This document shows, piece after piece, positions 42,776 to 54,519 of a stretch of 64,000 nucleotides of DNA (the first letter of the stretch is position 1; every line of letters starts with the position of its first letter). This DNA comes from Eledone cirrhosa (taxonomy: Eukaryota): assembly GCA_964016885.1 (NCBI GenBank), contig OZ024745.1, positions 13,206,001 through 13,270,000 of the forward strand. Direction: 5' to 3'. The translations under genes were made by a program, and so were the position numbers. A model generated the notes under the pieces. That model was not told the DNA's origin and made no database searches. It saw only the letters and a program-made list of their open reading frames with translations.

Positions 42776-42872
42776 AGGTGGTGGTGTGGTGGTGGTGGTG
42801 GTGGTGGTGGTGGTGGTGGTGGTGGTGGTGGTGGTAGTTGTAGTAGTAGTAGTAGTAGTGGTGGTGGTGGCG

Positions 42873-42925
<53 letters not shown>

Positions 42926-42941
42926 GGAGGTGGTGGTGGTG
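41821..42941. repeat. Compound (TAG)n/(TGG)n trinucleotide array
   Basis: Direct reading; it appears to be the expanded RTE tail. Confidence 0.97.
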
Positions 42942-43048
42942 TTAATGACAGTAATGGTGTTGCAAGAGATAAAGAGATGGTGATGCTGATAGTGTTGTAT
43001 TTGTTCGTGGGGGTGCAAGTATTTCAAATGAAAGTAATCTTAATTTAC

Positions 43049-43558
43049 CACGCTTCAATGTATTTCTTGACAACTTCTGGTGATCATCGTTGAGTGAAGA
43101 ATTGCCATGAAGATTGCTGTTAGGTTTATAATGATCTAAGAAGCTTTGGTGCATGTGGTCTTGTACATCAAGAGACTTCTGTAATTTTCGAATGGAGCTC
43201 TCATTCAGCCTGACTTGGTTGTACTGGTCCCAACGTGTCTGACGTGAAGGCGGGAAACTGTGGACGTCTGTAATCAGTGATTTGTTAACCAGTTCAATAT
43301 TGTTAAAATCTTGTTGATCTGTTTTCTCATCGACGGTATCTTCCTTGTTTATTTTCCCATTTCTTCTGTCAGTTTTCGATGAAATTAAAGTAGAGGATCG
43401 CAAATCCAGATTACCAATTCTCGTGCCAGTGATTTCTGATTTATCTGGACGTGAATAATTGTTTTCTTGTTGAGGCTTTACTCCCCGCATGTTCTGCAGT
43501 TCTTTCAATTCGGGACTTAGATGTAGGTAGTTTTTCTGGTGGAATATATAATCTTTAG
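43049..43558 (-). CDS. Coding exon 6 (510 bp): (T)KDYIFHQKNYLHLSPELKELQNMRG...QKLSRNTLKR
   Basis: Long non-repetitive ORF (track 42942-43508). Acceptor ttctattccgaaAG|, donor GTG|GTaaat, phase 1/1. Confidence 0.8.
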
Positions 43559-44719
43559 CTTTCGGAATAGAATAAAGAGAATGGAGATGAGAAGAGAAAA
43601 TAGAGAGATGAAAGCGATTTAAAAAGAAAATTTAGTGAAAAACAACCCATAAGCTCATCGTATAAAGATGTCAATAAAAACAATAACATTTACATAACAT
43701 TTACAATAACATTGATATACGGCGTTTCTTAGGACATTTTAAACCTGGTGGAGCCCATCCCCTCTCCAGGTCTAAATACAGCAGATTTCTTCTAGAGAAG
43801 GATAGAGAGTGAGAGAAAGGGAGTGAGAAAGAGCTATAAGTAAGAAGATAGTGTATGTACCACAATATCTGTCATATTGTTTCAAGGTGTATTCTGAATC
43901 AAATAATTATGAAAATTCAATTTTATATGTCTATCACAGATCACTTCATTCTTGGTTTGGTCTAGAGAAAAGGGCTGTGTTCATAGCTTTTGCAAGCCTT
44001 TTCAGGTCGGTGAGAATAATGGTGTTAACGTCCACGTAAATTGATGCAATTTGATGACTGCAGAGAGCAAATTCCAGGAAACCAGCGATGGGGAAAGAAT
44101 GGGTTGGGTGTAGTGATTAGTTACAATATCAGTGATAAAAAGAGGAGACACGATCGTGTCAAGATTACCCAAATGACTGTGATACCAAACTAGAGGGCTT
44201 TGAGAAGAGGGCATTGTAGAAAAATCAGGTAGAGGAGACAAAACTTCTATAAGCCAAAGGTTGAAATGTGTTTGAAACTAACTTCATGCCAAACTGTCAA
44301 GTGACCTTTTTTCTAGAAGCGGTCTAGGATGTCTCCGTGTGTAACAGCTACACCGAAACAGACGTGAGAGCAGTACTTCTTTGTCACATCCGAAGTTTGC
44401 AAAGAGTTAATATTTTTTTACCCTGAAGGGCAAGGCCAATATATGAGATGCAGTCTTATTCTGGTTACGAGAGATCGTTAATAATAGTGATGACAAAAAT
44501 GTAAAGCGAATTCGAGAGGTCTTACATCATTAAAGGAGATGAGCTTTGATAATGTTTTCTTCGATAATATTCGGTGATTGTAAACAATTGAATAAGAAGA
44601 TTTCGCTGTAACTTTGACTAAATAAAAGAGTTTAATTATAACAAAGTGTTTAAACCCACTGAACAGAAAAAGACGGGGATTTTCCCGTTCAGTGGGTTTA
44701 TATACTTCATTATTATTAG

Positions 44720-44872
44720 ACTAGGCGGCGACTTGGCAGAGTAGAGAGAAACTGGGTTAAATGATTTGCGGTACTTGTTCCTGCTCTCCGCTCTCAAATC
44801 CCGCCGAAGTCAACTTTGCCTTTCATTCTTTCAAGCTCGATAAAAACTTCCAGTTTAGTACTGGGATCAATT
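44720..44872 (+). mobile_element. tRNA-derived SINE family A, degenerate
   Basis: GGCGGCGACTTGGCAGA head, TCAAATCCCGCCGAAGTCAACTTTGCCTTTCAT core. Confidence 0.75.
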
Positions 44873-45402
44873 CTTACTATATAAATCTATAGAGAAGGTT
44901 TTCGAAGAATCTGTTCAAAAGAATCGATACAGATTTATCACGAAGTGTTTAGTTTGCAGGTATTGTTTGGGTACCGAAAGTGAGGGGAAAATAGAGGTAG
45001 GCGTTGGACTAAAAGTTTGCGAAAGAGAAAACTCCGCTAAATGTTCAGGTGGTGGTATTAAATTGTGGAGCCGTGGTGAGTCCACAACATTTAAAATATT
45101 AAATAAAACAGAAGCAGGGGCCTTCAGAGCACATTAGATAAAGGGTAACCCAGAGTCAAATATGTGTACAAACACACACGCGCATGCATACACACACGCG
45201 CGCGCATGCATACGCACACACACATGTACATACACGCATACACACACATATACAGACATACAGACATACACACAATATAGACACACATACACACACACGC
45301 CCATGCACACACTCTCTCTTATACTAAACTTTCTTAGGAAAAACATTCAAGTATTAGCGCCAATTTGTTTTTTTATTTCTCAAACTACTTCTCTATGGTC
45401 TC

Positions 45403-45558
45403 ACTACTACTACTACCACCACCACCACTACTACTACTACTACCACTACCACCACTACTACTACCACTACCACCACTACCACCACCACCACTACTACCAC
45501 TACTACCACCACCACCACTACTACTACTATTACTACTACTATCACTACCACCACCACC

Positions 45559-45599
<41 letters not shown>

Positions 45600-45864
45600 C
45601 ACTACCACCACTACTACCACTACCACCACTACTACTACTACTATTACTACTACTATCACTACCACCACCACCACCACCACTACCACCACCACCACTACTA
45701 CCACTACTACCACCACCACCACTACTACTACTATTACTACCACTACCACCACCACTACCACCACCACCACCACCACCACCACCACCACCACCACCACTAC
45801 TACCACTACTACCACCACCACCACCACTACTACTACTATTACTACTACTATCACTACCACCACC

Positions 45865-45911
<47 letters not shown>

Positions 45912-46238
45912 CACGACCAACACCATATATCGTCCACCATCATCCCCATCAACACTACCATCACCATCATCACCATCAACACCATCATCATCATCAACAC
46001 CAACACCATCAACACCACCAACACCATCAACACCACCAACACCATCATCATCACCATCAACACCAACACTATCATCACCACCAACACCATCAACACCATC
46101 ATCACCAACAACACCATTATCATCATCATCATCAACACCATCAACACTACCATCATCATTAGGGTCATCACGACAATCATCACCACCAACACCATCATCC
46201 CCATCAATACCATCATCATCAACAACATCATCATCATC
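45403..46238. repeat. Compound (CTA)n/(CCA)n array grading into (CAT/CAA/CAC)n
   Basis: Direct reading. Confidence 0.97.
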
Positions 46239-46619
46239 GTTATTTTTGGAAAGTGTTGATGACAGAAATGAAAATATTGATGAGTTGTCAGTGTTTTCCT
46301 GAGAGAAGGGAGGGAGGGAGGGAGGGAGGGAGGGAGGGGGTAGCAATGTTTTTTTAGAAATCTGAGTCGAATGTTTAATTTTCTTGGTGTCCAGTTCAAG
46401 CAAAAATATCCTTTAATTTATTTATTTATTATTAATATTTCTCATATATCACCATTGCCATCTTTAAAAAGAAAGAACACATTTGTTGATGTGGCCCGAG
46501 GTACATTGAGCCCTTAGATCATCAAAGTGGAGTGTGTTTCATAAGAGATCTCCTTTAGCAGGGTTTCATAGACCCCTATGCACTGTGTTTAGAACCCCTC
46601 CAACTACAAAAATCCAAGA

Positions 46620-48085
46620 TCGACAATACCAAACCACAGATCAAACTATGTCACCACAACAACACCAACAACAACACCAAACCTCAGATCAAACTATGTC
46701 ACGATAACATCACCAACAACATCAATACCAAACCACAGATCAAACTATGTCACCATAACAACACCAACACCAACACCAAACCTCAGATCAAACTATGTCA
46801 CGATAACATCACCAACAACATCAATACCAAACCACAGATCAAACTATGTCACCATAACAACACCAACAACATCAATACCAAACCACAGAACAAACTATGT
46901 CGCCATAACAACACCACCAACATCAATACCAAACCACAGATCAAACTATGTCACCATAACAACATCAATACCAAACCACAGATCAAACTATATCACCATA
47001 ACATCACCAACAATACCAAACCACAAACCAAACCCTCGTGTATGTTACCATAACATCCTCAACAACAATACCAAACCACAGATCAAACCATCGTATATGT
47101 CACCATATCATCACCAACAATAGCAAACCACAAACCAAACCATCGTATATGTTACCATGACAACACCAATAACAGTACCAAACCACAGATCAAACTATGT
47201 CACCATGACATCACCACCAACAATACCAAACTACAGACCAAACCATCGTATATGTTACCATAACATCACCACCAACAACACCAAACCACAAACCAAACTA
47301 TGTCACCATAACAACACCACCAACAACACCAAACCACAAACCAAACTATGTCACCATAACAACACCACCAACAACACCAAACTACAGACCAAACCATCGT
47401 ATATGTTACCATAACATCACCACCAACAACACCAAACCACAAACCAAACTATGTCACCATAACAACACCACCAACAACACCAAACTACAGACCAAACCAT
47501 CGTATATGTCACCATAACATCACCACCAACAACATCAAACCACAAACCAAACTATGTCACCATAACAACACCACCAACAACACCAAACTACAGACCAAAC
47601 CATCGTATATGTCACCATAACATCACCACCAACAACACCAAACCACAAACCAAACTATGTCACCATAACAACACCACCAACAACACCAAACTACAGACCA
47701 AACCATCGTATATGTCACCATAACATCACCACTAACAACATCAAACCACAAACCAAACTATGTCACCATAACAACACCACCAACAACACCAAACTACAGA
47801 CCAAACCATCGTATATGTTACCATAACATCACCACCAACTACACCAAACTACAGACCAAACCATCGTATATGTCACCATAACATCACCACCAACAACATC
47901 AAACCACAAACCAAACTATGTCACCATAACAACACCACCAACAACACCAAACTACAGACCAAACCATCGTATATGTCACCATAACATCACCACCAACAAC
48001 ATCAAACCACAAACCAAACTATGTCACCATAACAACACCACCAACAACACCAAACTACAGATCAAACCATCGTATATGTCACTAT
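46620..48085. repeat. Minisatellite of about 50-bp units; the right half is an alternating 48+55 = 103-bp dimer
   Basis: Units AAACCACAAACCAAACTATGTCACCATAAC... and AAACTACAGACCAAACCATCGTATATG...; the marker CCATCGTATATG recurs every 103 bp from about 47395 to 47810. Confidence 0.93.
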
Positions 48086-48114
48086 ATCATATAAAAGATA
48101 TTGAAGAAACTTAC

Positions 48115-48292
48115 TTATATTATCTGAGATGAATGATTTATTGTTATTTTCATTAGTTTTCTCCGTTTTCTCACATGATGTGTTTTCTTTAGAATCTTGT
48201 TTAGTTTCGATGTCATTCCAGGGAAACGCTACCTCCTCATTGGTGAAAGGAAACACTGGGCTAGACTGACAGTTTTTCACTTTAGTATCTAG
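48115..48292 (-). CDS. Coding exon 5: LDTKVKNCQSSPVFPFTNEEVAFPWNDIETKQDSKENTSCEKTEKTNENNNKSFISDNI
   Basis: Acceptor ttctcttgttattatAG|, consensus donor A|GTAAGT, 178 bp, phase 0/1. Confidence 0.8.
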
Positions 48293-48774
48293 CTATAATA
48301 ACAAGAGAAACAGGTTAGATTCACTTGGTTAAAAACATTATTAGAAATACAATGACAATACAAAAGTTTTATGAAATTATATTTTTTACTCCACACTGTA
48401 AAAAAGTGGCTAAATGTGACACCTCCTGCAGTTAGTCGAAACAAAATCGATACACCACCGTTCAGATACTAATTCACAACAGAGTTACTTAACCTTTTAT
48501 TTTCCCTGGATCAGAAAATTACATTTTGATAAAACAAACCTTAAGCAGCTTATTGCTTATCAAAATATTTGTATATATATGTCATGGGACTAGTAATTTC
48601 ATAGCCTGCCCTCCTAAATATATATTTAAAATGTATATACGAAATTGTGTATTCTCGGTACATCTATGTGTTTGCCTCTCCGAGGTACAATCATGTGTAG
48701 GGTTATTTGTGGAGGAGAAGAAATTGCACACAATTCTCCCCCTCTCATCAACACAGACCCATTTTTTTCCAGTT

Positions 48775-48870
48775 GAGTGGCCTGAACAAACGTAAAATAA
48801 AGTGCCTTGCTCAAGAACACAATGCATTGCCTTCTCCGGGAATCGAACCCACAACGTTACTACCGTCAGC
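48775..48870 (-). mobile_element. Partial tRNA-derived SINE, family B
   Basis: The minus strand has a GGGTTCGATTCCCGG B-box followed by TGTGTTCTTGAGCAAGGCACTTT, as in the copies at 57372 and 60077. Confidence 0.65.
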
Positions 48871-48964
48871 CCCCCCCCCCCCACCAGTAAGTTACGCGCC
48901 TTCACGTGTTTTTGTAAGGAAATAATGACAATATTCATCTTGCCTTCTCAAGACGAGCCTTTAC

Positions 48965-49101
48965 ATCTTGTGGTCTGTCCAGATCTGTTATTTTATGTGC
49001 CTGTGTCTGAAAACTGTTGATTTCCCGTAAAGCATTTGTTAATTGTCCAGATGTGACTAGATTAGTTTCTTGCAGTTGAATCACTTGCTGCTGAAGGTCA
49101 G
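48965..49101 (-). CDS. Coding exon 4: (A)DLQQQVIQLQETNLVTSGQLTNALREINSFQTQAHKITDLDRPQD (may extend to 48944 using a GC donor)
   Basis: Acceptor ctctttctctccataaAG|, phase-1 entry matching exon 3, heptad-like sequence. Donor GAT|GTaaag or AAG|GCaaga, both phase 0. Not present in the ORF track. Confidence 0.75.
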
Positions 49102-49157
49102 CTTTATGGAGAGAAAGAGAACAGTTTTATATCATTAATATCACCAATATATATAGA

Positions 49158-49403
49158 CAATATATTAATAAATGGAAACTATAAGACAACCTTAAGGGTT
49201 GGAGCTTCCTGGATAGTCACTATCCAGGAAGCTCCAACCGTTAAGGTTCTCTTTTTTTCCGGGTATGTCAATATTTATTTATAAAACAGATCTGTATTTT
49301 ATCTGATGAAAGCGCACCATAATTTGCCTTGGTTGCCCTTGAAATATGTATAATAAAATAAATATGGTTTTATAAATATAGTTACCATTTATTAATATAT
49401 TGT
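49158..49403. mobile_element. Inverted-repeat-bounded Penelope/retrozyme-like remnant containing a 61-bp palindrome and a hammerhead ribozyme
   Basis: Terminal IR CAATATATTAATAAATGG(A/T)AACTATA (about 26 bp, 1 mismatch); palindrome at 49188-49248; hammerhead at 49295-49360. Confidence 0.6.
49295..49360 (+). ncRNA. Minimal type I hammerhead ribozyme
   Basis: TATTTTAT-CTGATGA-AAGCGCACC[loop]GGTTGCCCTT-GAAA-TATGTA-TA|ATAAAATA. Core boxes are intact, stem I is a perfect 8 bp, stem II is imperfect, stem III is short and palindromic, and the cleavage triplet is AUA. Confidence 0.7.
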
Positions 49404-49512
49404 GTATTTACTCCATTGTTGAGTGCTTTATATCAGTTATAACAAATTTTTAAGCTTGTTGAATCCCAACAAATTAAATATAACCTCTGCATATATATAT
49501 ATATATACTACA

Positions 49513-49612
49513 CAGAGTGTCCCAAAACAATGCATGCACACTTTGATTACCTGTACAAGCAATATGTATTAGAATGCTGTTGAAGTGTGTATACATTTTT
49601 TGGGACACCCTG
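49513..49612. mobile_element. Tc1/mariner-type MITE of about 100 bp
   Basis: TIRs CAG(A/G)GTGTCCCAAAA..ATG.AT.CACACTT at both ends, embedded in (TA)n. Confidence 0.8.
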
Positions 49613-49680
49613 TATATATATATATATATATATATATACGCATGCACACACACATGCATACACACACACACACACACACA

Positions 49681-49737
<57 letters not shown>
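49613..49737. repeat. (TA)n/(CA)n microsatellite
   Basis: Direct reading. Confidence 0.95.
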
Positions 49738-49740
<3 letters not shown>

Positions 49741-50103
49741 CTGAATAGGTGTAGGTATGTCACTCGTTCTTTACCAAATGCGAGAAAGTTCAGTGTATCA
49801 ATTGTTTCTGGGAAACTACAGAGCAGAATAACTTTAATTCAAGTGACAAATCCAAGATGAGACTTGAAATCATTTGATTAACATCTCCACACCTTTCAAT
49901 GTAATCAGGTAACACTAAAATATCAGGACATCAATATAACATCTGGTGTATGTAAGTCCCAAAGAAAAACAAGCCATGCTTAATCAACTACAGATATTAC
50001 AAAGCTTATATATATATATATATATATATATATGTTCTTATATATTTGATATATATTTATCCTTATCGAGCCCTCTTTGGATTTTAGTCTTCACATTAAT
50101 TAT

Positions 50104-50159
<56 letters not shown>

Positions 50160-50906
50160 AGCCTGGTGAGCCTATTCAACCAATAGTTGGGGTGGATGAT
50201 CGTTGACTCTTACGGAGTCAATAAAAAAAGTACCAGTAATGCACAGGGGTCGATTTAATTAACTTTCCCCTCCCTAAAATTGCTGGAAAATCTTTTAATA
50301 CCTTTAAATGAATATGTAATCAGAATCTTCATAAATATTAAAATAAATTCCTTTTAAAAGATCAATGAAGTATATCCTCTGGGCGGGTAAAGGGTTTCTC
50401 TTCTATTTTGACATACAGGGAGTCATACCGCCTGGGTAGTACCTACTATTTCCAATTGAGTAGATCAGCGAGTTCGAACACAAGAGACGGAGTTATATCA
50501 CACTGCTGTAATATATGTCTATTAATATATTTAAACATGTTGAATACAGGCACTAGTGTTTCAGAATTGTGTACCCATCATCAGTGATGTTTAATAACTA
50601 GGTAGTAAGAGACGAATAAGCTATAGCTTATATACATATTACGTCATGTGATATGGTCACAGCTTAAAACACTCAGATCGAGATTTATATATATGTTTTC
50701 ATATACTTACCTACACACACATACACCCATACATATTCACGTTATACACACACATACATTATGCACGCACACACACATATATATACATATATAGACATCC
50801 CGCCACTGTTTTGTCTGTATATGTGTGTGTGTGTTTGAGTGTGTCTGTCTGTCTGTATGTATGTATAGCTATATATATACATACATATATATATATACTT
50901 AAATAC

Positions 50907-50939
<33 letters not shown>

Positions 50940-51378
50940 GAGAGAGGGGAAGAGAGAGGGAGATACACTCTCATTTTATGAATTCAAGAATGTTAAGAAT
51001 TAAAAAAATATATAAAATATTGTTCTACGAGAATAAATTCACTTAATGATAATGTATTCTTATTTAATAGACACCAATTAACTATGTGACATCTTCATTA
51101 TGGACACAATGAAATTAGGATATACGAGTACGATTAAATTATGGAATATTCTGTATGTAGGACGTGTCTGTAGCACGATTTATCAATCACTAGAACCTTT
51201 TGTAAAGGTAAAAATATTACATTTTCTTACATAATCAAGAATCTTTCAGAAGAAAATGAAATGAACGGTGTTTTATTAATAGAATATGGCGTCATTTCAA
51301 ACGATTCTGTATGTATGTATGTATGTATGTATGTATGTATGTATGTATGTATGTATGTATGTATGTATGTATGTATGT

Positions 51379-51984
51379 CAGGTCACCAGTTGGTGCTACT
51401 GGTAACATGTATCCCAGTACAACCTGTCTCATGGTCGGGTCGTTGGCGACTAAACTGGCAACCCCACCAAGGTTTCTTGGTGAGGAGGGTGACTTTGGAC
51501 ATCCTGCAGGACTAAAAACAAAACCTGTCAAAGGGCAAAGGAGCTCTTAAGAGTCAATGGCCATCCAAAATCACTGGGAGAGATGACCCCTTAGCCTTTG
51601 TCAAGGCAGAATTCTAGGAGAAGGAAAACTCTGATATAACACCTGCAACCTTGATGGTATCCAATGATGTTGACTTGTTCTTCTTTTTGGTAAATATCAT
51701 CTTGGTTAAGAGAGTGGGACTGGCTTTGTGCAGTGCCTTTGCTCACTATAAAAGCTTCACGGCACAGGCATTGCTTTATATCTGGAGATCTCTCTGCACT
51801 TATCGTCACATGGTACCAAAGGCAATGCACTATGTGTCAATAATTGTCACAAGTGTAGTGTTTGTACCAGAGATTTCAAGTCGCTGGCTGGACTAAAAAG
51901 TCACACTCGTTCAGCGCATCGGTAGGGGTTCTCCTACATGGATATAAAGTAGTGGCCGTACTCGAAAACGAGTTGGCAGCCACC
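51379..51984 (+). mobile_element. Non-autonomous bipartite RTE-derived element, copy 1 (longest, about 605 bp), with an (ATGT)n tail
   Basis: Contains TTAGCCTT..AAGGCA..CTAGGAGAAGGAAAACTCTGA (recalled as an RTE 5'-region motif), a C-terminal C2H2 finger HKCSVCTRDFKSLAGLKSHTRSAHR* (51848-51925) and a 3' hairpin. (TATG)n lies on both sides. Confidence 0.75.
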
Positions 51985-52039
51985 ATGTATGTATGTATGT
52001 ATGTATGTATGTATGTATGTATGTATGTATGTATGTATG

Positions 52040-52481
52040 ACTCTTAAGAGTCAATGGCCATCCAAAATCACCGGGAGAGATGACCCCTTAGCCTTTGTCA
52101 AGGCAGAATTCTAGGAGAAGGAAAACTCTGATACAACACCTGCAACCCTGATGGTATCCAATGATGTTGACTTGTTCTTCTTTTTGGTAAATATAATCTT
52201 GGTTAAGAGAGTGGGACTGGCTTTGTGCAGTGCCTTTGTTCACTATAAAAGCTTCACGACACAGGCATTGCTTTATATCTGGAAATCTCTCTGCACTTGT
52301 CGTCACATGGTACCATAGGCCCAACACTATGTGTCAATAATTGTCACAAGTGTAGTGTTTGTACCAGAGTTTTCAAGTCACTGGCTGGACTAGAAAGTCA
52401 CAATCGTTCAGTGCATCGGTAGGGGTTCTCCTACATGGATATAAAGTAGTGGCCGTACTCGAAAACGAGTTGGCAGCCACC
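52040..52481 (+). mobile_element. RTE-derived non-autonomous element, copy 2 (5'-truncated)
   Basis: Near-identical to 51543-51984 and followed by (ATGT)n to about 52592. Confidence 0.8.
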
Positions 52482-52592
52482 ATGTATGTATGTATGTATG
52501 TATGTATGTATGTATGTATGCATGTACGCATGTATGTATGTATGTATGTATGTATGTATGTATGTATGTATGTATGTATGTATGTACGTATG

Positions 52593-54519
52593 TTATCTCT
52601 TTCTCTTAATTTCGAGTATATTTTTTTGACCGGCCACCTTCCTGGTGGGAAGGTTGTAAAAGAAAAGAAATTGTCATCCCTTGAATCGCAAGAATGTTTT
52701 GCAAATTTTGAAGGTGCCAGCTATCGCAGCCATTTGTAGACTATGAATTAGGGAGCTGCGCTTTTTGTCCGCAAATCCAAGTTCAGTCATACTTTGGTCC
52801 AAGCGGGTTGGTATATAACCCGTAGCTCCAATAATGGTGGATATGAAGCTAAAGGTGTATCTGGGATACTGGATTTGTAAACTCCTCATCAATGGTCCGT
52901 AGATGTCCTCCTTCTCCTGTATTTTTCTGACAACGTTTACATCAAGTGGGCAGCTGATCTCCACAACAGAACACGTTTTCAATGTGTGGTCCCAAACAAC
53001 AATATCAGGCCGGTTGTGCTTTAATTTGGTGGCAGTTTTTATTTTCAGTTCCACCAGTATTCCTTAGTGCCATCTGTCTCAATATATTCTTCCTCGTTTG
53101 TTGTTAATTTTGTTTTCCGAAGTGCGTTCCAGATGGTTCTAGCTATCTCATCGTGTCTCATGGGGAGGTAGTAGCGAGATGACATTCTTTCGAAGCTGGC
53201 AACAATGTGGCTTACATCCTCGATCTTTGTTTTACATAGCCTACATTTATTGTCAGCTGCTGGCCCTCCTCTTTTGTGCAGCAGATATTTGGTAGGGAGT
53301 TCTTGTTCCTGTATTGCATAGAGATATCCCTTAAGGTGTGATGTCAAAACTTGTCGGAACTCCATACCAGGCTTTTTGAGTGGTTTATCCCCTCTATGGT
53401 TTGTGTTTTACGTCTCAAGTATCCATGCACAACTTTTTCTGTAAATTGGTCAATTTTTTTATCTTGTTTGAACATTGAATACGATCTTCCGATTTCTCTG
53501 GGTGAGAGATTTATATCAGGCGTTATTCCATATCTCTCCTCCAGATCAGTCGCTATTCTAATGATATTTTTTTTTTCATGCTCATAAACCTGGGCAAGAT
53601 GGTTGCCAACCTTTTTCCTCTGTTGAAGGTGTTGTTTCAGTGTTACTATCCGGGTCTCATATGTTGTTAATATTGATTTTAGACCCCGGCTACCTTCCTT
53701 GCGTGAGAAGTATAGCCTATCCACATCACCATTGATGTTAAAGTTCCCAGTAACACTGAGAAATTTGCGAGTTCTAACATCCATCTCACTTAGTTCTTGC
53801 AATGACCAGTTCAGCAGGCCAAATGTTGGCGTTAGAATTGGCACAGCATAAGTATTGTGGGCAATGTATTTGTTGTACGCTGACAGTTCTGATGACCATA
53901 TTTTCTTTACTCTTCTGAGGTATTCAGTTCTGGTTCTCTCCTTATTTATGGGTCCATCATATCTGACATTCCCATCCTGTCCAAGATATCTGTAGTTGTC
54001 ACCTGACTGTAGAGGTTGTATTGTCAGGCCGTTCATCTCTAGATTTCTAGAGGAGGGCACAGCTCTTCCACGTTTTACTGCGAAATATGCACACTTGGAC
54101 TCACCAAATTTCATTTTGATGTCGGTTGAAAATTGTGTAATGAGGTCCAATTGTTTCTTGATATCATTGATATTTGGCCCATACAACTTCAGGTCATCAA
54201 CAAAGAAAAGATGGGAGATACTTCTGGACCCACTTCTTTTCCACCTTGTTTCCTGAGTAGGTAAGATAGTGGATTCAGTGAGAGAACGAAGAGTAGCACT
54301 GACAAGCTATCACCCTGAAAGATTCCCTTCTGGTAATGTATCTTATCAGTCTTAACTTGCTCCTTCTCACCTCTAAGGATCAAATTGGTGTACCAGTTCT
54401 TGGTCAGGCGTTCAACAGCAGCTGCCAATGGTTGTGGGACTTTGGCTAACTGTAAAGCCTTAATAATCCACCCATGAGGTACACTATCAAATGCTTTTTG
54501 ATAGTCCAGCCACACCATG
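52593..54519 (-). mobile_element. 5'-truncated, frameshifted R4/Dong-clade non-LTR retrotransposon (RT + CCHC + restriction-like endonuclease)
   Basis: WLDYQKAFDSVPHGWI, GIFQGDSLS, FVDDLKLY, YRYLG, CRLC..EDVSHI..RHDEIA and NRPDIVVWD...VVEISCP...KIQEK motifs are spread over four frameshifted ORFs. A short 3' UTR ends at (CATA)n. Confidence 0.9.
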
